Below are positions 8,296-19,325 of a stretch of DNA of 64,000 nucleotides, one piece after another. Each line of letters begins with the position of its first letter. Within the stretch, counting starts at the first letter, position 1. The notes beneath the pieces are model-generated. The model saw only the letters and a list, made by a program, of their open reading frames with translations. It did not search any database and was not told where the DNA came from. Source of the DNA: Candidatus Curtissbacteria bacterium (GTDB lineage Bacteria > Patescibacteriota > Microgenomatia > Curtissbacterales > GWA2-41-24); assembly GCA_030647775.1 (NCBI GenBank), contig JAUSJC010000010.1:264927-328926 (forward strand), in the 5' to 3' direction. The translations under genes were made by a program, and so were the position numbers.

Positions 8296-10794
8296 TTGAA
8301 ATTTTTAAAACTTCTAATCTGCCCGATTTTTTTCTTAGCTATTTCGATAGTTATCTCTCCTAAGGAAATTTTTGCGTCAACAGAATTCAAACCGCAACTT
8401 TCCTGGCAAAGAAGCGCTGAAGCCCCGGATAGAATTGTTACGGAGACAAGTATTGGCTCAAAAGTAAACGATGCGCTTTCTCTTCCGCTTGATCCAAGCC
8501 AGGCAGTTTTTGATAATGGAGACTTTACTCCTCTGGCAAATAAAAATGTTGTCGCTTCAGGCATAAATTGGGCTTCCTGGAAACAATATTCGTCGCCGGC
8601 GCCAAATCAATGCGGAAATGTATTCGAGCTAAGACATCTCCAGGCCAAATTTAATTTATCTCAAGACTTCAACATTGCAAATGTTGACAAAGTGAAAATT
8701 GTCAGTCCCTACTATCCAAACGACCTTCTGCCAATAAACGATAATGCTTACATTTATCTCAATGGGAATTTCATCAAACGAGTCGGAACAAGCTATGGAG
8801 CGAGTAATTTTGGGATGAATGGTACTGCACCTTACGCAAACGAAACAGATGGTTGGGCAGGTAATGGCGATTTAGGACAAACAGCTTCTCAATATCTCCA
8901 TTCAGGACAAAACATTATTGATATAGTTGCCGGCGAATTTTGCCTTTGGGGTGGTATGGGGGAACTGGAATTAATACTCCAACTAAAAGCCCCCCTCGGC
9001 CCAACACCATTTCTAGACTTGCCATGGGATTATCAAAGCCAAGGTCAAAGTTTTCAAAATGCCGCAATGGATATTTATTCCTTTTTTGATCATAAGTATC
9101 CTTTAATCTTTACAGAACCGGGAGATGCAAAAGGGAAAATAGTAACTTACACCGGAGTCGAGGAGAGTGATCAAGTGAAACGTTACTCTGGCCACAACGG
9201 TTATGATTATCCTTTGCCAAATGGCACACCGGTTCTCGCAGCAGCAGGCGGTACTGCTTCATATAAATACGATATCGATGGCGGTGAAACTATTATCGTT
9301 TACCATGAGAGTGGCTTCTTTACTTGGTATATGCATCTCCAGAAAGGCACAACAATCACAAATGAACCAGGAAAGACAGTGAATGTTGTTAAAGGCCAAC
9401 AGATAGCTTTATCTGGTAATACTGGTAGTAATACAACCGGTCCTCACCTACATATTTCAGTGATCAAAGATTTAAATAGTAATGGAGTACTGGATTTCGA
9501 CACTGATCACCCTAATGGTTTAATTGATCCTTATGGTTGGGAAGGTGATGGTAATAATGGCACCATAAAAGATGACCCTTGGCCACTTTTTGGCGGCATA
9601 AAAAGCAGTTACCTTTGGATTAAACCTCTAGACCCGACAACTGGTCCAATTTCACAATCTGGGGGTGAGCTAACTGGGGGACAAGCAAAAGTAATTTTTC
9701 CGGAAGATTCTACAAGACCCAATCTTAATCTTAATATTTATGAGCAGCCAGCTTTTAATGCTTCATCAATTCTAAAAGGGATAAGTCACACATTTAACAT
9801 TAAAGTCGTCGATGTTATTGGAAACCTAATCACCAATTTCAATAAACCGTATAAACTAATCATAGACTACAGCAATTTTGACTTGGTAAATATCATTGAA
9901 AACACCCTTTCAATTTACTGGTTTAACCCCATAAGCCAAAACTGGGAAAAAGTGCCTACTGATCTGTCCAATAAAACCGCATCAGCAGAACTTAACCATG
10001 CCTCACTTTTTATCTTGATGGGTGAGGTTAAAGATCTAACACCCCCTACTACAACAATAAATTTGAGGGGTGATGAAGGCCAAGATAATTATTTCAGGTC
10101 AGATGTTACAGTCTCCTTAAATGCTTCTGATAATGGCGGAGTTGGTGTCAACGAAACTTATTTCAGTATTGGCAATAATATAGATTGGCAACTCTACACC
10201 CAGCCACTCAATTTTACCCAAGAAGGGATTTACACAATATTTGTACACTCAATTGATAAAGGCAGAAATGTTGAAACACCACATTCAATAACATTTCATA
10301 TTGATAAAACCCCGCCGGAAGCGAAAATATTTATAGATCAGGACAAACAAGATTTGGTCATTGCCGGCATAGATGCAAATCAAACAACAGTAACAAGAGC
10401 AGACAACCCAACAACCCAAAAGAAAGACGATGCCGTTTATACAATCACGGATATTGCAGGTAACACCCTAAAGCTAGATGTCCGTGAGCGTGACAAAGAA
10501 AAACAAGACAGATTTAAAATCTTCTCCGCACAATACAACAATGATCCACCCATTTTAGAACCGAGTAATCATTTCAATGTTTTATATCAAGGCAAAAAAG
10601 ACAAACTAAATGTTAAGGAGCAAAACTTTGAGATAAAAGACGAAGTAAAAATACGAATTCAATACAATCAAAAGAAAAACCAAAGCACTATTATTACAAA
10701 ACAAAATGGTCAGGAAAGAATTAAAGAAATAAAACCGGGCCTAGTTCTGTTGCAACTAACAACCAATAAAGGTAATCTAGAATATAGCTACTAA
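8296..10794 (+). CDS. Large secreted M23-family peptidase with additional N- and C-terminal domains
   Basis: TTG start and a signal peptide (MKFLKLLICPIFFLAISIV). The M23 core includes YSGHNGYDYPLPNGTPVLAAAGG and SGNTGSNTTGPHLHISV. A long beta-rich C-terminal region follows. Confidence 0.75.
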   Translation: MKFLKLLICPIFFLAISIVISPKEIFASTEFKPQLSWQRSAEAPDRIVTETSIGSKVNDALSLPLDPSQAVFDNGDFTPLANKNVVASGINWASWKQYSSPAPNQCGNVFELRHLQAKFNLSQDFNIANVDKVKIVSPYYPNDLLPINDNAYIYLNGNFIKRVGTSYGASNFGMNGTAPYANETDGWAGNGDLGQTASQYLHSGQNIIDIVAGEFCLWGGMGELELILQLKAPLGPTPFLDLPWDYQSQGQSFQNAAMDIYSFFDHKYPLIFTEPGDAKGKIVTYTGVEESDQVKRYSGHNGYDYPLPNGTPVLAAAGGTASYKYDIDGGETIIVYHESGFFTWYMHLQKGTTITNEPGKTVNVVKGQQIALSGNTGSNTTGPHLHISVIKDLNSNGVLDFDTDHPNGLIDPYGWEGDGNNGTIKDDPWPLFGGIKSSYLWIKPLDPTTGPISQSGGELTGGQAKVIFPEDSTRPNLNLNIYEQPAFNASSILKGISHTFNIKVVDVIGNLITNFNKPYKLIIDYSNFDLVNIIENTLSIYWFNPISQNWEKVPTDLSNKTASAELNHASLFILMGEVKDLTPPTTTINLRGDEGQDNYFRSDVTVSLNASDNGGVGVNETYFSIGNNIDWQLYTQPLNFTQEGIYTIFVHSIDKGRNVETPHSITFHIDKTPPEAKIFIDQDKQDLVIAGIDANQTTVTRADNPTTQKKDDAVYTITDIAGNTLKLDVRERDKEKQDRFKIFSAQYNNDPPILEPSNHFNVLYQGKKDKLNVKEQNFEIKDEVKIRIQYNQKKNQSTIITKQNGQERIKEIKPGLVLLQLTTNKGNLEYSY

Positions 10795-11361
10795 ATGAAA
10801 TTTATACTGCCCATTATTCTCGTACTAGTGCTAATCTCTGGCTACTTTATGTTGTCGAAAAACGGCGCTCCTAGCATTGCTCCTAAATCATCTCAAATAC
10901 AATCACCAAACCCCACGAGTCAAGCGGAGTTAACCCCAGTGAGGAGCTATATGAATAGTTCATTAAAACTCTCTCTTAATTATCCAGAAAATTGGCAAAT
11001 TTCAGAATCAGGAACAGACGTAATATTCGCAACAACAAAAGAAAGTTTGGGCAAGGACGAAACAAGGAAAGAGGAACTACGCGTTTTTATTGGAAGGACG
11101 CCTTTGCTTCAGGGTCAAAATTTAGAAAAATATATCTCCGATATCGATAAAAGATCCAAACCAAATATTTTTGACCAAAAAAGTATTTTAGTCGACAGAG
11201 AAAAAGCAATAAGAAGAGTTACCAGTCTAGGTAATTACGAAGCAATAGTTATTTATGTACAATCTGGAACGAAAATATATACAATATCTGCAACTCCCGC
11301 AGATTCTACGTTTATGCCAGCTTTTGACCAAATGCTCCAAAGTTTTAAATTCCTACCTTGA
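10795..11361 (+). CDS. Hypothetical secreted or membrane-anchored protein
   Basis: 188 aa with an N-terminal hydrophobic helix. Its start abuts the upstream stop. No family recognised. Confidence 0.4.
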   Translation: MKFILPIILVLVLISGYFMLSKNGAPSIAPKSSQIQSPNPTSQAELTPVRSYMNSSLKLSLNYPENWQISESGTDVIFATTKESLGKDETRKEELRVFIGRTPLLQGQNLEKYISDIDKRSKPNIFDQKSILVDREKAIRRVTSLGNYEAIVIYVQSGTKIYTISATPADSTFMPAFDQMLQSFKFLP

Positions 11362-11412
11362 CCAAATCGCCCAATCCTTCCGCTACACGCCGTAGCTTTC
11401 TAGTGCCTATAC

Positions 11413-11441
11413 TTGTTGCTTATTTTGCTGTGTAATATAAT
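11413..11441 (+). promoter_or_regulatory. Candidate sigma70-type promoter upstream of the rml operon
   Basis: -35 TTGTTG at 11413-11418, a 17-nt spacer, then -10 TATAAT at 11436-11441, about 15 nt before the rmlA start. Confidence 0.4.
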
Positions 11442-11455
11442 TACCAAATCAATAT

Positions 11456-12208
11456 ATGAAAGGCGTAATTTTAGCCGGCGGTCTTGGTACCCGCCTTTAT
11501 CCCTTAACCCACGCGACCAATAAACATCTACTTCCGGTTTTTGATAAGCCGATGATCTATTACCCCATAAAGACGCTTGTTGATGCCGGCATTGATGAGA
11601 TTTTAATTATTGTCGGCGGCCCCCACGCCGGAGATTTTATTAGGGTTCTTAAAAACGGTCAGGATTTCGGCGTCAAACATCTGGAATATGCTTATCAGGA
11701 TTCCGGTGACGGGGGAATAGCCGATGCTCTCCGCCTGGCACGTGATTTTGCGGACCATGATTCAGTTACCGTAATCCTTGGAGATAATTGTACCGATGCG
11801 GATATCGGAAAGGAAGTTAAAAATTTTAAAGAAGGCGCAGTTATTTTCTTAAAAGAAGTTCCGGATCCCGAGCGTTTTGGAATTGTCGAGCTTGACCCAA
11901 AGGACAAAACAAGGGTGGTTGATATTGCCGAGAAACCCCAGAAACCAAAAACAAATTTAGCTGTTACCGGTCTATATATTTACGACAGCAATGTCTTTCA
12001 TCATATAGAAACGATTAAACCTTCTGCCCGCGGACAATTGGAAATTACGGATGTAAACAATATTTATGTCAAAGAAGGCAATTTGCGCTGGGCGCCGCTT
12101 TCCGGCTTTTGGTCAGACGCCGGAACGTTTGAAAGTCTTTATCGGACTAGTGTTTATTGGGCAAGGAAAAACCTCGGCAAAGAAGAAAAAGAACTAACAA
12201 CCTTCTAA
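11456..12208 (+). CDS. rmlA: Glucose-1-phosphate thymidylyltransferase-like nucleotidyltransferase (short RmlA form)
   Basis: MKGVILAGGLGTRLYPLT then NKHLLPV. It sits ahead of the rmlB, rmlC and rmlD homologs. Confidence 0.8.
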   Translation: MKGVILAGGLGTRLYPLTHATNKHLLPVFDKPMIYYPIKTLVDAGIDEILIIVGGPHAGDFIRVLKNGQDFGVKHLEYAYQDSGDGGIADALRLARDFADHDSVTVILGDNCTDADIGKEVKNFKEGAVIFLKEVPDPERFGIVELDPKDKTRVVDIAEKPQKPKTNLAVTGLYIYDSNVFHHIETIKPSARGQLEITDVNNIYVKEGNLRWAPLSGFWSDAGTFESLYRTSVYWARKNLGKEEKELTTF

Positions 12209-12209
12209 T

Positions 12210-12344
12210 ATGAAACTCCTTATTACCGGTGGCGCCGGATTCTTAGAGTATGGAGTTACTCTGGGTTTTGAAAAAATACCTAGAGTAACGCAACACTCGC
12301 AAAACGGAGGAATCAACCAAATGCTTGTAGACAAATCAAAATAA
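12210..12344 (+). pseudogene. Remnant of an SDR epimerase/dehydratase N-terminus (MKLLITGGAGF...) followed by unrelated sequence
   Basis: The 44-codon ORF begins MKLLITGGAGF, the Rossmann start shared by rmlB and the other epimerases here, then degenerates. A strong RBS (acggagg) precedes an internal in-frame ATG at 12321, giving a 7-codon mini-ORF just before rmlB. Confidence 0.35.
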
Positions 12345-12351
12345 ACAATTC

Positions 12352-13365
12352 ATGAGTAAGATTTTAGTAACAGGCGGCGCCGGCTTTATCGGAAGCAACT
12401 TTATCTACTATTGGTTAAAAAATCATTCCCAAGACCAAGTAATTAACTACGATAAACTTACCTATTCGGGAAATTTAGAAAATCTCAAAAGCATAGAGTC
12501 AAACAAAAATTATTCTTTTATCCACAGTGATATTGCCGATGCTAAAAAAATTGGGGATGCGCTAAAAGGAGTCGATACTGTTGTAAACTTTGCCGCCGAA
12601 AGCCACGTTGATAGGTCAATTCTCGATCCGGCATCATTTATCCTGACCAATGTTGTTGGTACGCAAGTTCTTCTTGATGCCGCCCGCGATGCAAAAATTA
12701 AAAGGTTTCATCACATCTCAACCGATGAGGTCTTTGGGTCTCTTGATCTTGACTCAAAAGAGAAATTCACGGAAACCACCCCTTATAATCCGAGAAGCCC
12801 ATATGCCGCTTCCAAAGCCGCCTCCGACCATCTCGTCCGTGCCTACTTTCATACTTATGATTTACCAATTACTATCTCCAATTGCGCCAACAACTTTGGC
12901 CCTTACCACTTTCCGGAAAAACTAATCCCCCTTGCCATTACCAATATCCTGGAAGGCAAAAAAGTGCCGGTTTATGGCGACGGCCTTTATGTCCGCGAAT
13001 GGCTGTATGTCGAAGATCATTGTTCCGGTATCGAAAAAGTCTTGGAAAATGGGAAAATCGGCGAGACTTATCTTATCGGTATAGACATGGATATCCCCAA
13101 TATTGAAGTCATCAAAAAAATCCTGCGGCTCCTGTCAGCCAGTGATGATCTAATCGAATACGTTAAAGATCGCCCCGGCCATGACCGCCGGTACGCAATC
13201 GACTCGGCAAAAATCCGAAAAGAACTTGGTTGGGAACCAAAGTACGATTTTGACGAAGCTCTGGCCCTTACCGTAAAGTGGTATCAGGATAATCAAAATT
13301 GGTGGAAGAAACTCAAGGACAAAAGTTATAATGATTATTACAAGAAGCAGTATATAAAAAGATAA
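12352..13365 (+). CDS. rmlB: dTDP-glucose 4,6-dehydratase
   Basis: MSKILVTGGAGFIGSNF, the YDKLTYSGNLENL motif and the catalytic YAASKAASD segment. Length is 337 aa. Confidence 0.9.
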   Translation: MSKILVTGGAGFIGSNFIYYWLKNHSQDQVINYDKLTYSGNLENLKSIESNKNYSFIHSDIADAKKIGDALKGVDTVVNFAAESHVDRSILDPASFILTNVVGTQVLLDAARDAKIKRFHHISTDEVFGSLDLDSKEKFTETTPYNPRSPYAASKAASDHLVRAYFHTYDLPITISNCANNFGPYHFPEKLIPLAITNILEGKKVPVYGDGLYVREWLYVEDHCSGIEKVLENGKIGETYLIGIDMDIPNIEVIKKILRLLSASDDLIEYVKDRPGHDRRYAIDSAKIRKELGWEPKYDFDEALALTVKWYQDNQNWWKKLKDKSYNDYYKKQYIKR

Positions 13366-13904
13366 TGAACTACCAATACCTCAATTTAGAAAACCGGAAA
13401 GATTTAATCGACGGTGTGATTGTCCGCAAGCTAATAATCCATAAAGATGAATCAGGCAGTTTAGTTGAAACCTTAAGACGCGATTGGCAGGATGTTTTTA
13501 ATGACACGAATCTTTCGTTTGCCATGCAATATATGTCTATTACGCCGTCCGGCATTGCGCGCGACGAAGACAAATGGCACGTCCACAAATTTCAAAAAGA
13601 CCGTTTCATCTGTACTTCCGGGAAAATTGTAACCGCTATTTTCGATCCCCGCGAAGGATCCAAAACAAATGGAAAATTAAATCTTTTTGCAATGAGTCCG
13701 AGTAAAGTTGAAGAAATGTATATGGTTGTAATTCCCGAAAATACTTATCATGGTTTTATGGTTGTTTCCAAAGAACCGGCCCATCTTTTAAATTTTCCAA
13801 CCCAACTTTACAATACTGAAGATGAAGGTCGTATTCCAAATACCCAATTCTCTTGGGTAAAAGCCCGGGAAGATTTTGGGCTGCCATCTCTTTCCCTAAA
13901 ATAA
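13365..13904 (+). CDS. rmlC: dTDP-4-dehydrorhamnose 3,5-epimerase family protein (cupin)
   Basis: 179-aa cupin with the RmlC-like C-terminal pattern LYNTEDEGRIPNTQFSW. It sits between rmlB and rmlD. Confidence 0.65.
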   Translation: MNYQYLNLENRKDLIDGVIVRKLIIHKDESGSLVETLRRDWQDVFNDTNLSFAMQYMSITPSGIARDEDKWHVHKFQKDRFICTSGKIVTAIFDPREGSKTNGKLNLFAMSPSKVEEMYMVVIPENTYHGFMVVSKEPAHLLNFPTQLYNTEDEGRIPNTQFSWVKAREDFGLPSLSLK

Positions 13905-14812
13905 TGATTAAAACTAAAATAGCAGTAATTGGTGCGTCGTCAATGGTTGGTTCACGTTTTTATGAACTGGCGGAAGACGATTTTGATTTAATAAAAGCAG
14001 ACTTAAATGGGGAAAACCCTATTGATATAACCAACTCAAAATCGGTAGAAGATTTCTTTCAAAATCATGGTTTTGATTTGGCTATTCTTTTTTCGGCTTA
14101 TACCGATGTCGAAGGGGCCCAAAAACAAAAAGGTGATAAAAATGGTCCCTGTTGGCAAATTAATGTCGAAGGCACCAAAAATGTCGCAGGTGCCTGCCGA
14201 AAATTTCATAAGAGACTAATTTTCGTTTCAACCGATTTTGTTTTTGATGGAGTCGAGGGGCCATCGGCAGAAGACAAGCCAACCCAAAAAGATTATGAGA
14301 AAATTTCTTGGTATGGCGCCTCAAAAGTTGAAGCGGAAAAAATTATTCAGGAAATATTGCCCGAGTCAGTAATCCTAAGGATCGCCTACCCGTACCGCAG
14401 CCGGTACGAGGCCAAAGATGATATTGCCAAAAGGTATCTTAAACTTTACAGGGATCAAAAAATGTATCCGGTTTTTACCGATCAATTAATTACACCGACT
14501 TTTATAGACGATTTGGCTCCGGCGATTAAACTACTGGTTGAAAAAGGTGTAAATGGTATATTCCACGTTGCTAGCCCGAAAGTTGTGACACAATACAATT
14601 TTGCCAAAAAGACCATAGAAGTTTTCGGTGGCGACCCCAACACTATCCCTAAAGGTTCAATCTTGGAGTTTTTAAAAAATCCCGAAGTAACCCCGCGTCC
14701 GATAAATGGCGGCCTAAAAACAGAAAAAATTCAGGCTCTTGGCTTTACTCCCACCAGTTGGGATAAGGGTATTGAAATAATAAACGGACAGTCAAAAGGT
14801 AAATTGATTTAA
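13904..14812 (+). CDS. rmlD: dTDP-4-dehydrorhamnose reductase
   Basis: Starts at the ATG overlapping the rmlC stop (taATGa), giving MIKTKIAVIGASSMVGSRF. The YGASK catalytic motif is present and the size matches RmlD. Confidence 0.8.
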   Translation: MIKTKIAVIGASSMVGSRFYELAEDDFDLIKADLNGENPIDITNSKSVEDFFQNHGFDLAILFSAYTDVEGAQKQKGDKNGPCWQINVEGTKNVAGACRKFHKRLIFVSTDFVFDGVEGPSAEDKPTQKDYEKISWYGASKVEAEKIIQEILPESVILRIAYPYRSRYEAKDDIAKRYLKLYRDQKMYPVFTDQLITPTFIDDLAPAIKLLVEKGVNGIFHVASPKVVTQYNFAKKTIEVFGGDPNTIPKGSILEFLKNPEVTPRPINGGLKTEKIQALGFTPTSWDKGIEIINGQSKGKLI

Positions 14813-14866
14813 TTGACCATTTTTAGCTAAAATGTCCTATACCCGATGCCCATCGGGCTAGTTAAT

Positions 14867-16171
14867 ATGACTTTAACAATTGTAGGCGCTGGATATGTTG
14901 GTCTTGTCACCGCTGCCGTTTTTTCCGAACTCGGCAATAAAGTTTATTGCATTGATGTCGACAAGAAAAAAGTCGAAGGCCTTAAAAAAGGTAAAGTACC
15001 GTTTTTTGAACCCTCTCTCGAAGAATTTATCAAAAGGAACACCCAGGCAAAAAGACTTTTCTTTACCGCAAGTTACGCGGAATCGGTTCCCAAATCCCAG
15101 ATTGTTTTTATATGCGTCGGCACCCCTCCCAAAGAAAATGGAGAAGCTAATCTTACTTATCTGTTTTCCGCTGTTGAAGAAACCGCCAAAAACCTTTCAG
15201 GATATACCCTGATTACCATTAAAAGTACCATTCCCATTGGCCACGAAGGTGACTTGGAAGCAATTGTCAAAAAAAATGCCAAAGCCAAGTTTGAATTTGC
15301 CGCCTCGCCGGAATTTTTAAGGGAAGGGACAGCCCTGGAAGACACCCTGCATCCGGACAGGATTGTCATTGGCACTGCCAGCACCAAGGCCCAAAAACTG
15401 CTTTTAGAGCTGCATGCTCCCATTTCCGGGGAAAGAATCATTTGTGATATAAGATCCGCCCAGCTTATAAAATATGCTTCAAATTCACTTTTAGCAACGA
15501 AGGTTTCCTTTGCAAATGCCCTTGCCACCCTGTGTGAAAAAATGGGAGCAGATGTTAAAAAAGTCTTATTGGGAGTAGGAGCCGACAAGCGCATCGGCCA
15601 TTCTTTTCTTTATCCGGGCGTAGGCTATGGTGGCTCTTGCCTCCCCAAAGATGTCTTGGCTTTTATTGCTCTTTCTTCTCATTTTGGTTACGACTTTGAA
15701 CTAATCCGTGCCGTTGATGCCATCAATAATAACCAAATTGAATCTTTTATAGTCAAAATCCAAAATGCTCTTAAAGCAGGAGGCAAAAACGGTAAAACCA
15801 CGGCGGGTAAAGAATTAGCCGTTTTAGGTTTGGCTTTTAAACCAAATACCGACGACATGCGCGATGCGCCATCGATAAAAATTATTAATCACCTAACTGG
15901 CCTTGGTTACAAAGTTACTGCATACGACCCGCAGGCCATGGAAAATGCCAAAAAGGTTCTCCCTGATATTAAATATGCCAAAGATGAGTATCGGGCGGTC
16001 GATGGTAAAGATGCTATGATAATCATCACGGAGTGGTCACAATTTGCAAACCTTGACATGGATCGCGTTAAAAAGCTTTTAAGACACCCCATTATTATCG
16101 ACGGTCGTAATCTCCTGGATCCTGAAAAAATTCAAAGACTTGGATTTAAATACGTTAGCATCGGCAGATGA
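14867..16171 (+). CDS. ugd: UDP-glucose 6-dehydrogenase / nucleotide-sugar dehydrogenase
   Basis: MTLTIVGAGYVGLVTAAVFSELG and the catalytic GGSCLPKD motif. I chose the internal ATG at 14867 over the track start at 14846. Confidence 0.85.
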   Translation: MTLTIVGAGYVGLVTAAVFSELGNKVYCIDVDKKKVEGLKKGKVPFFEPSLEEFIKRNTQAKRLFFTASYAESVPKSQIVFICVGTPPKENGEANLTYLFSAVEETAKNLSGYTLITIKSTIPIGHEGDLEAIVKKNAKAKFEFAASPEFLREGTALEDTLHPDRIVIGTASTKAQKLLLELHAPISGERIICDIRSAQLIKYASNSLLATKVSFANALATLCEKMGADVKKVLLGVGADKRIGHSFLYPGVGYGGSCLPKDVLAFIALSSHFGYDFELIRAVDAINNNQIESFIVKIQNALKAGGKNGKTTAGKELAVLGLAFKPNTDDMRDAPSIKIINHLTGLGYKVTAYDPQAMENAKKVLPDIKYAKDEYRAVDGKDAMIIITEWSQFANLDMDRVKKLLRHPIIIDGRNLLDPEKIQRLGFKYVSIGR

Positions 16172-17157
16172 AAAAAGCCCTAAATTCCGCGCGGAATCAA
16201 GGTTCTTCGAAGAAGGTTCTTATTACCGGAGTTGCCGGTTTTGTCGGCAGCCATCTTACAAAATATTTAATCGCCCAAAATTTCAAAGTAGTCGGTTTCT
16301 TTCACCCCCTGCATTCAACCGAAAATATAAGTTCTCTAAAAGACAAATTAGAGCTTGTGGCATGTGACATCCTAAACTATAAGCAGGTAGAAGAGGAAAT
16401 TGCGGGGATAAAACCGGATTATGTTTTCCATCTTGCCGCATTTTCCTCGCCTTCGCAAAGTCTTCAAAATCCCCGCCAGACCTTGGAAAATAATATTTTC
16501 GGCCAGATCAACATACTAGATTCACTTGTAAAAATAAAATCCAATGCCAAAATTTTAATTGTCGGATCAGCTGACGAATATGGAAACGTGGATAAAAAAG
16601 ATTTACCCGTCAAGGAAGATCATCCGCTCTCTCCCGGTTCGCCATATGCCGTTTCAAAGGTTGCACAAGACATGCTTGGTTATCAGTACTTTTTAAATTA
16701 CGGGTTAAACATCGTTAGGGTTAGACCCTCAAACCATATCGGCCCCCGCCAGGCACCGGTCTTTGTTGTGTCGGCATTTGCTTCTCAGATAGCCGTGCTG
16801 GAAAAACAAGGAGGAGGCATTATGAAAGTTGGCAATCTTGAGAGTGAGCGTGATTTTACTGATGTGGGGGATATGGTAAAAGCTTATTTACTGGCTCTTG
16901 ATAGGGGCAAAATCGGAGAAGTCTACAATATCGGTTCGGGGAAAGTAATCAAAATTGGAAAAATATTAGAAATAATGCTTTCGCAAGTGCATGTAAAAAT
17001 AACCCCCCAAAAGGATAATGGACTCTTTCGGCCGACAGAGGTTTTTTATAGTGATCCAACAAAATTTAAAAAACAGACCGGTTGGCAGCCAACTATTCCC
17101 ATCAAGACCACTCTTTTTGATACAATAAACTACGAAAGAGAGAAACTCAAAGTATGA
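16168..17157 (+). CDS. NAD-dependent epimerase/dehydratase, probably a GDP-4-keto-6-deoxy-D-mannose reductase (Rmd/Fcl-like)
   Basis: [14 protein letters not shown] and Y-x3-K in YAVSKVAQD. It lies immediately upstream of gmd and is translationally coupled to it. Confidence 0.65.
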   Translation: MKKALNSARNQGSSKKVLITGVAGFVGSHLTKYLIAQNFKVVGFFHPLHSTENISSLKDKLELVACDILNYKQVEEEIAGIKPDYVFHLAAFSSPSQSLQNPRQTLENNIFGQINILDSLVKIKSNAKILIVGSADEYGNVDKKDLPVKEDHPLSPGSPYAVSKVAQDMLGYQYFLNYGLNIVRVRPSNHIGPRQAPVFVVSAFASQIAVLEKQGGGIMKVGNLESERDFTDVGDMVKAYLLALDRGKIGEVYNIGSGKVIKIGKILEIMLSQVHVKITPQKDNGLFRPTEVFYSDPTKFKKQTGWQPTIPIKTTLFDTINYEREKLKV

Positions 17158-18125
17158 AAAGAGTGCTAATCACCGGTATCACTGGACAAGACGGCTCCTA
17201 CCTTGCCGAATTTTTGCTCTCCAAAGGTTATAAGGTTTATGGTCTCACCAGAAGGACATCGACTCCCAATTATGAACGCATCAAACACATCCAGGATCAA
17301 ATTGAACTGCTTCCGGGAGATCTTCTTGACCAGCAGTCGCTAACCTCAGCTGTCGCCAAGGCTAACCCGGACGAAATTTATAACCTCGCCGCCCAAAGTT
17401 TTGTCCAGACGTCATGGTCCCAGCCGGTCTTAACCGGAGAATTTACTGCTCTTGGAGCAACAAGAATGTTGGAAGCCCTAAGACAGGCAAAACCGGGGGC
17501 CAGATTTTATCAGGCTTCTTCATCAGAAATGTTTGGCAAAGCGCACGAAACGCCGCAGAATGAAAATACCCCATTTCACCCAAGAAGCCCCTATGGCGTT
17601 GCCAAAGTCTACGCCCACTGGATTACAATCAACTACAGAGAGTCGTATGACGTTTTTGCTGTTTCCGGGATTCTTTTTAACCATGAATCTCCAAGACGCG
17701 GCTTGGAATTTGTCACCAGGAAAATATCCCACTCCGTTGCCAAAATCCACCTTAAAGAGCAGGACCATATTGTCCTGGGAAACCTTGAGGCAAAACGCGA
17801 TTGGGGTTTTGCCGGCGATTATGTCGAGGCAATGTGGCTAATGCTGCAGCAGTCAAAACCGGATGATTATGTTGTAGCCACAGGTCAAAATCATTCGGTA
17901 AAAGAATTCGTCCAAGAAGCATTTAAGGTGATTGGTATTTCCAATTGGCAAAAATACGTTAAAACCTCGAAAGAATTTGTTCGCCCGGCTGAAGTGGATT
18001 TTTTAATTGGGGACAGTTCTAAAGCAAGAAAGGTTCTTGGATGGAAGCCGAAAGTAAATTTCCGGCAACTCGTAAGAATGATGGTCGAGTCCGATATCAA
18101 GCTTCTTGAGAAAAACCACAGATGA
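17154..18125 (+). CDS. gmd: GDP-mannose 4,6-dehydratase
   Basis: [30 protein letters not shown] is a near-canonical Gmd N-terminus. Also [10 protein letters not shown] and [16 protein letters not shown]. Confidence 0.9.
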   Translation: MKRVLITGITGQDGSYLAEFLLSKGYKVYGLTRRTSTPNYERIKHIQDQIELLPGDLLDQQSLTSAVAKANPDEIYNLAAQSFVQTSWSQPVLTGEFTALGATRMLEALRQAKPGARFYQASSSEMFGKAHETPQNENTPFHPRSPYGVAKVYAHWITINYRESYDVFAVSGILFNHESPRRGLEFVTRKISHSVAKIHLKEQDHIVLGNLEAKRDWGFAGDYVEAMWLMLQQSKPDDYVVATGQNHSVKEFVQEAFKVIGISNWQKYVKTSKEFVRPAEVDFLIGDSSKARKVLGWKPKVNFRQLVRMMVESDIKLLEKNHR

Positions 18126-19324
18126 AACTCGTTGTTAACATCCCAACCTACAATGAAAAAGAAAACATTGAATCCTGCATTAAAAATGTCCTTGCCCAGG
18201 CGAAAAACCTAAAAGGGCTAGATCTCGAGATTTTGGTTTCCGATAGTCATTCACCGGATGGTACGGGCGAAATTGTTAAAAAAATTTCACGAACCAACCC
18301 AAAAGTTCACTATCTGGATGTAAAAGAACGCGGTTTAGGAGTTGGTATCGTCAAGGGCCACAGATACGCTATCGACAAACTAAAAGCGGATATCTTAGCT
18401 CAAATGGATGGGGATCTTTCCCACGATCCGGTGACATTACCGCAAATGATTTCTTTCATAAATCAAGGCTACGATTTAGTCAACGGCTCCAGAATGATAA
18501 AGGGCGGTAAAAATCTTCTTGGGTGGCATCGCAGGCTTTTTACTAGAGGTTCTGCCTTATTTTGCAAATTGAGTTGGGGGACTTTCAAACTCACAGAATA
18601 TACTAATTCATACCGGGTTTTCACGAGAGGACTTTTCCAAAAGATTGATTTTTCCAAAGTCCCATGGAAGTCTAAAACTTATATCATCCAGCCGGCTTTT
18701 TTATATGCGGCAATTGAAGCCGGGGCAAAAATCAAAGAAGTCCCGATTACTTTTCAAGACAGGAAAAAAGGGTATTCAAAAGCCAAGATTGTTGCTTACA
18801 CTTTTGACGTTCTAAGGTTTGGTATTAGGGTCCGTCTGGAAAAATCCGCCACTTTCATTAAGTTCTTGATCGTCGGCACGATGAGTTATTTTGTCAATGC
18901 CGTTTTATTGGGCCTTTTATTTCGCGGCCAAATCTATTCATTAAAAGTTTTACCCGGTCCGATTCTATCTTTTCTTCCCCTCGGTGGAATGGCGGCAAAA
19001 ATTTCTATAATTACTCTAGACCGCCTGTTCATTGCTTCAGTAATCGCCGCGGAAGTTTCAATTATCTTCAACTTTTTTTGGCACGAAAATTGGACTTTTA
19101 AAAACCGTGAGCATAAAGGTTCAATATTCCTGCGGCTTTTTAAATTTAACTCCTCATCGATAATCAGCCCGATTATCCAAGTTGTGAGCATTCAGGTTTT
19201 CTTCCATGTTCTCCACTTGAGTGAGCAAATTGGCCTGGCTGTCGGCGTAATAGTCGGACTGTTCGTAAATTATGCCATCAATATCCTTTGGATTTGGAAA
19301 GCCCATCCCCGGCCCGCTAAATAA
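18122..19324 (+). CDS. GT2 polyprenol-phosphate glycosyltransferase (Dpm1/GtrB-like) fused to a C-terminal GtrA-like 4-TM domain
   Basis: The N-terminal 230 aa form a GT-A fold with DSHSPDG and the D-x-D of QMDGD. The C-terminal 150 aa have four TM helices with the GtrA signature [13 protein letters not shown]. Confidence 0.75.
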   Translation: MKLVVNIPTYNEKENIESCIKNVLAQAKNLKGLDLEILVSDSHSPDGTGEIVKKISRTNPKVHYLDVKERGLGVGIVKGHRYAIDKLKADILAQMDGDLSHDPVTLPQMISFINQGYDLVNGSRMIKGGKNLLGWHRRLFTRGSALFCKLSWGTFKLTEYTNSYRVFTRGLFQKIDFSKVPWKSKTYIIQPAFLYAAIEAGAKIKEVPITFQDRKKGYSKAKIVAYTFDVLRFGIRVRLEKSATFIKFLIVGTMSYFVNAVLLGLLFRGQIYSLKVLPGPILSFLPLGGMAAKISIITLDRLFIASVIAAEVSIIFNFFWHENWTFKNREHKGSIFLRLFKFNSSSIISPIIQVVSIQVFFHVLHLSEQIGLAVGVIVGLFVNYAINILWIWKAHPRPAK

Positions 19325-19325
19325 A

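Noticed and set aside
14846-14866. Upstream ATG (MPIG...) for the ugd-like gene
   Set aside because: The ATG at 14867 (MTLTIVGAGYVG) places the Rossmann GxGxxG at the usual distance from the N-terminus. The upstream ATG sits inside a small hairpin (cccgatgcccatcggg).
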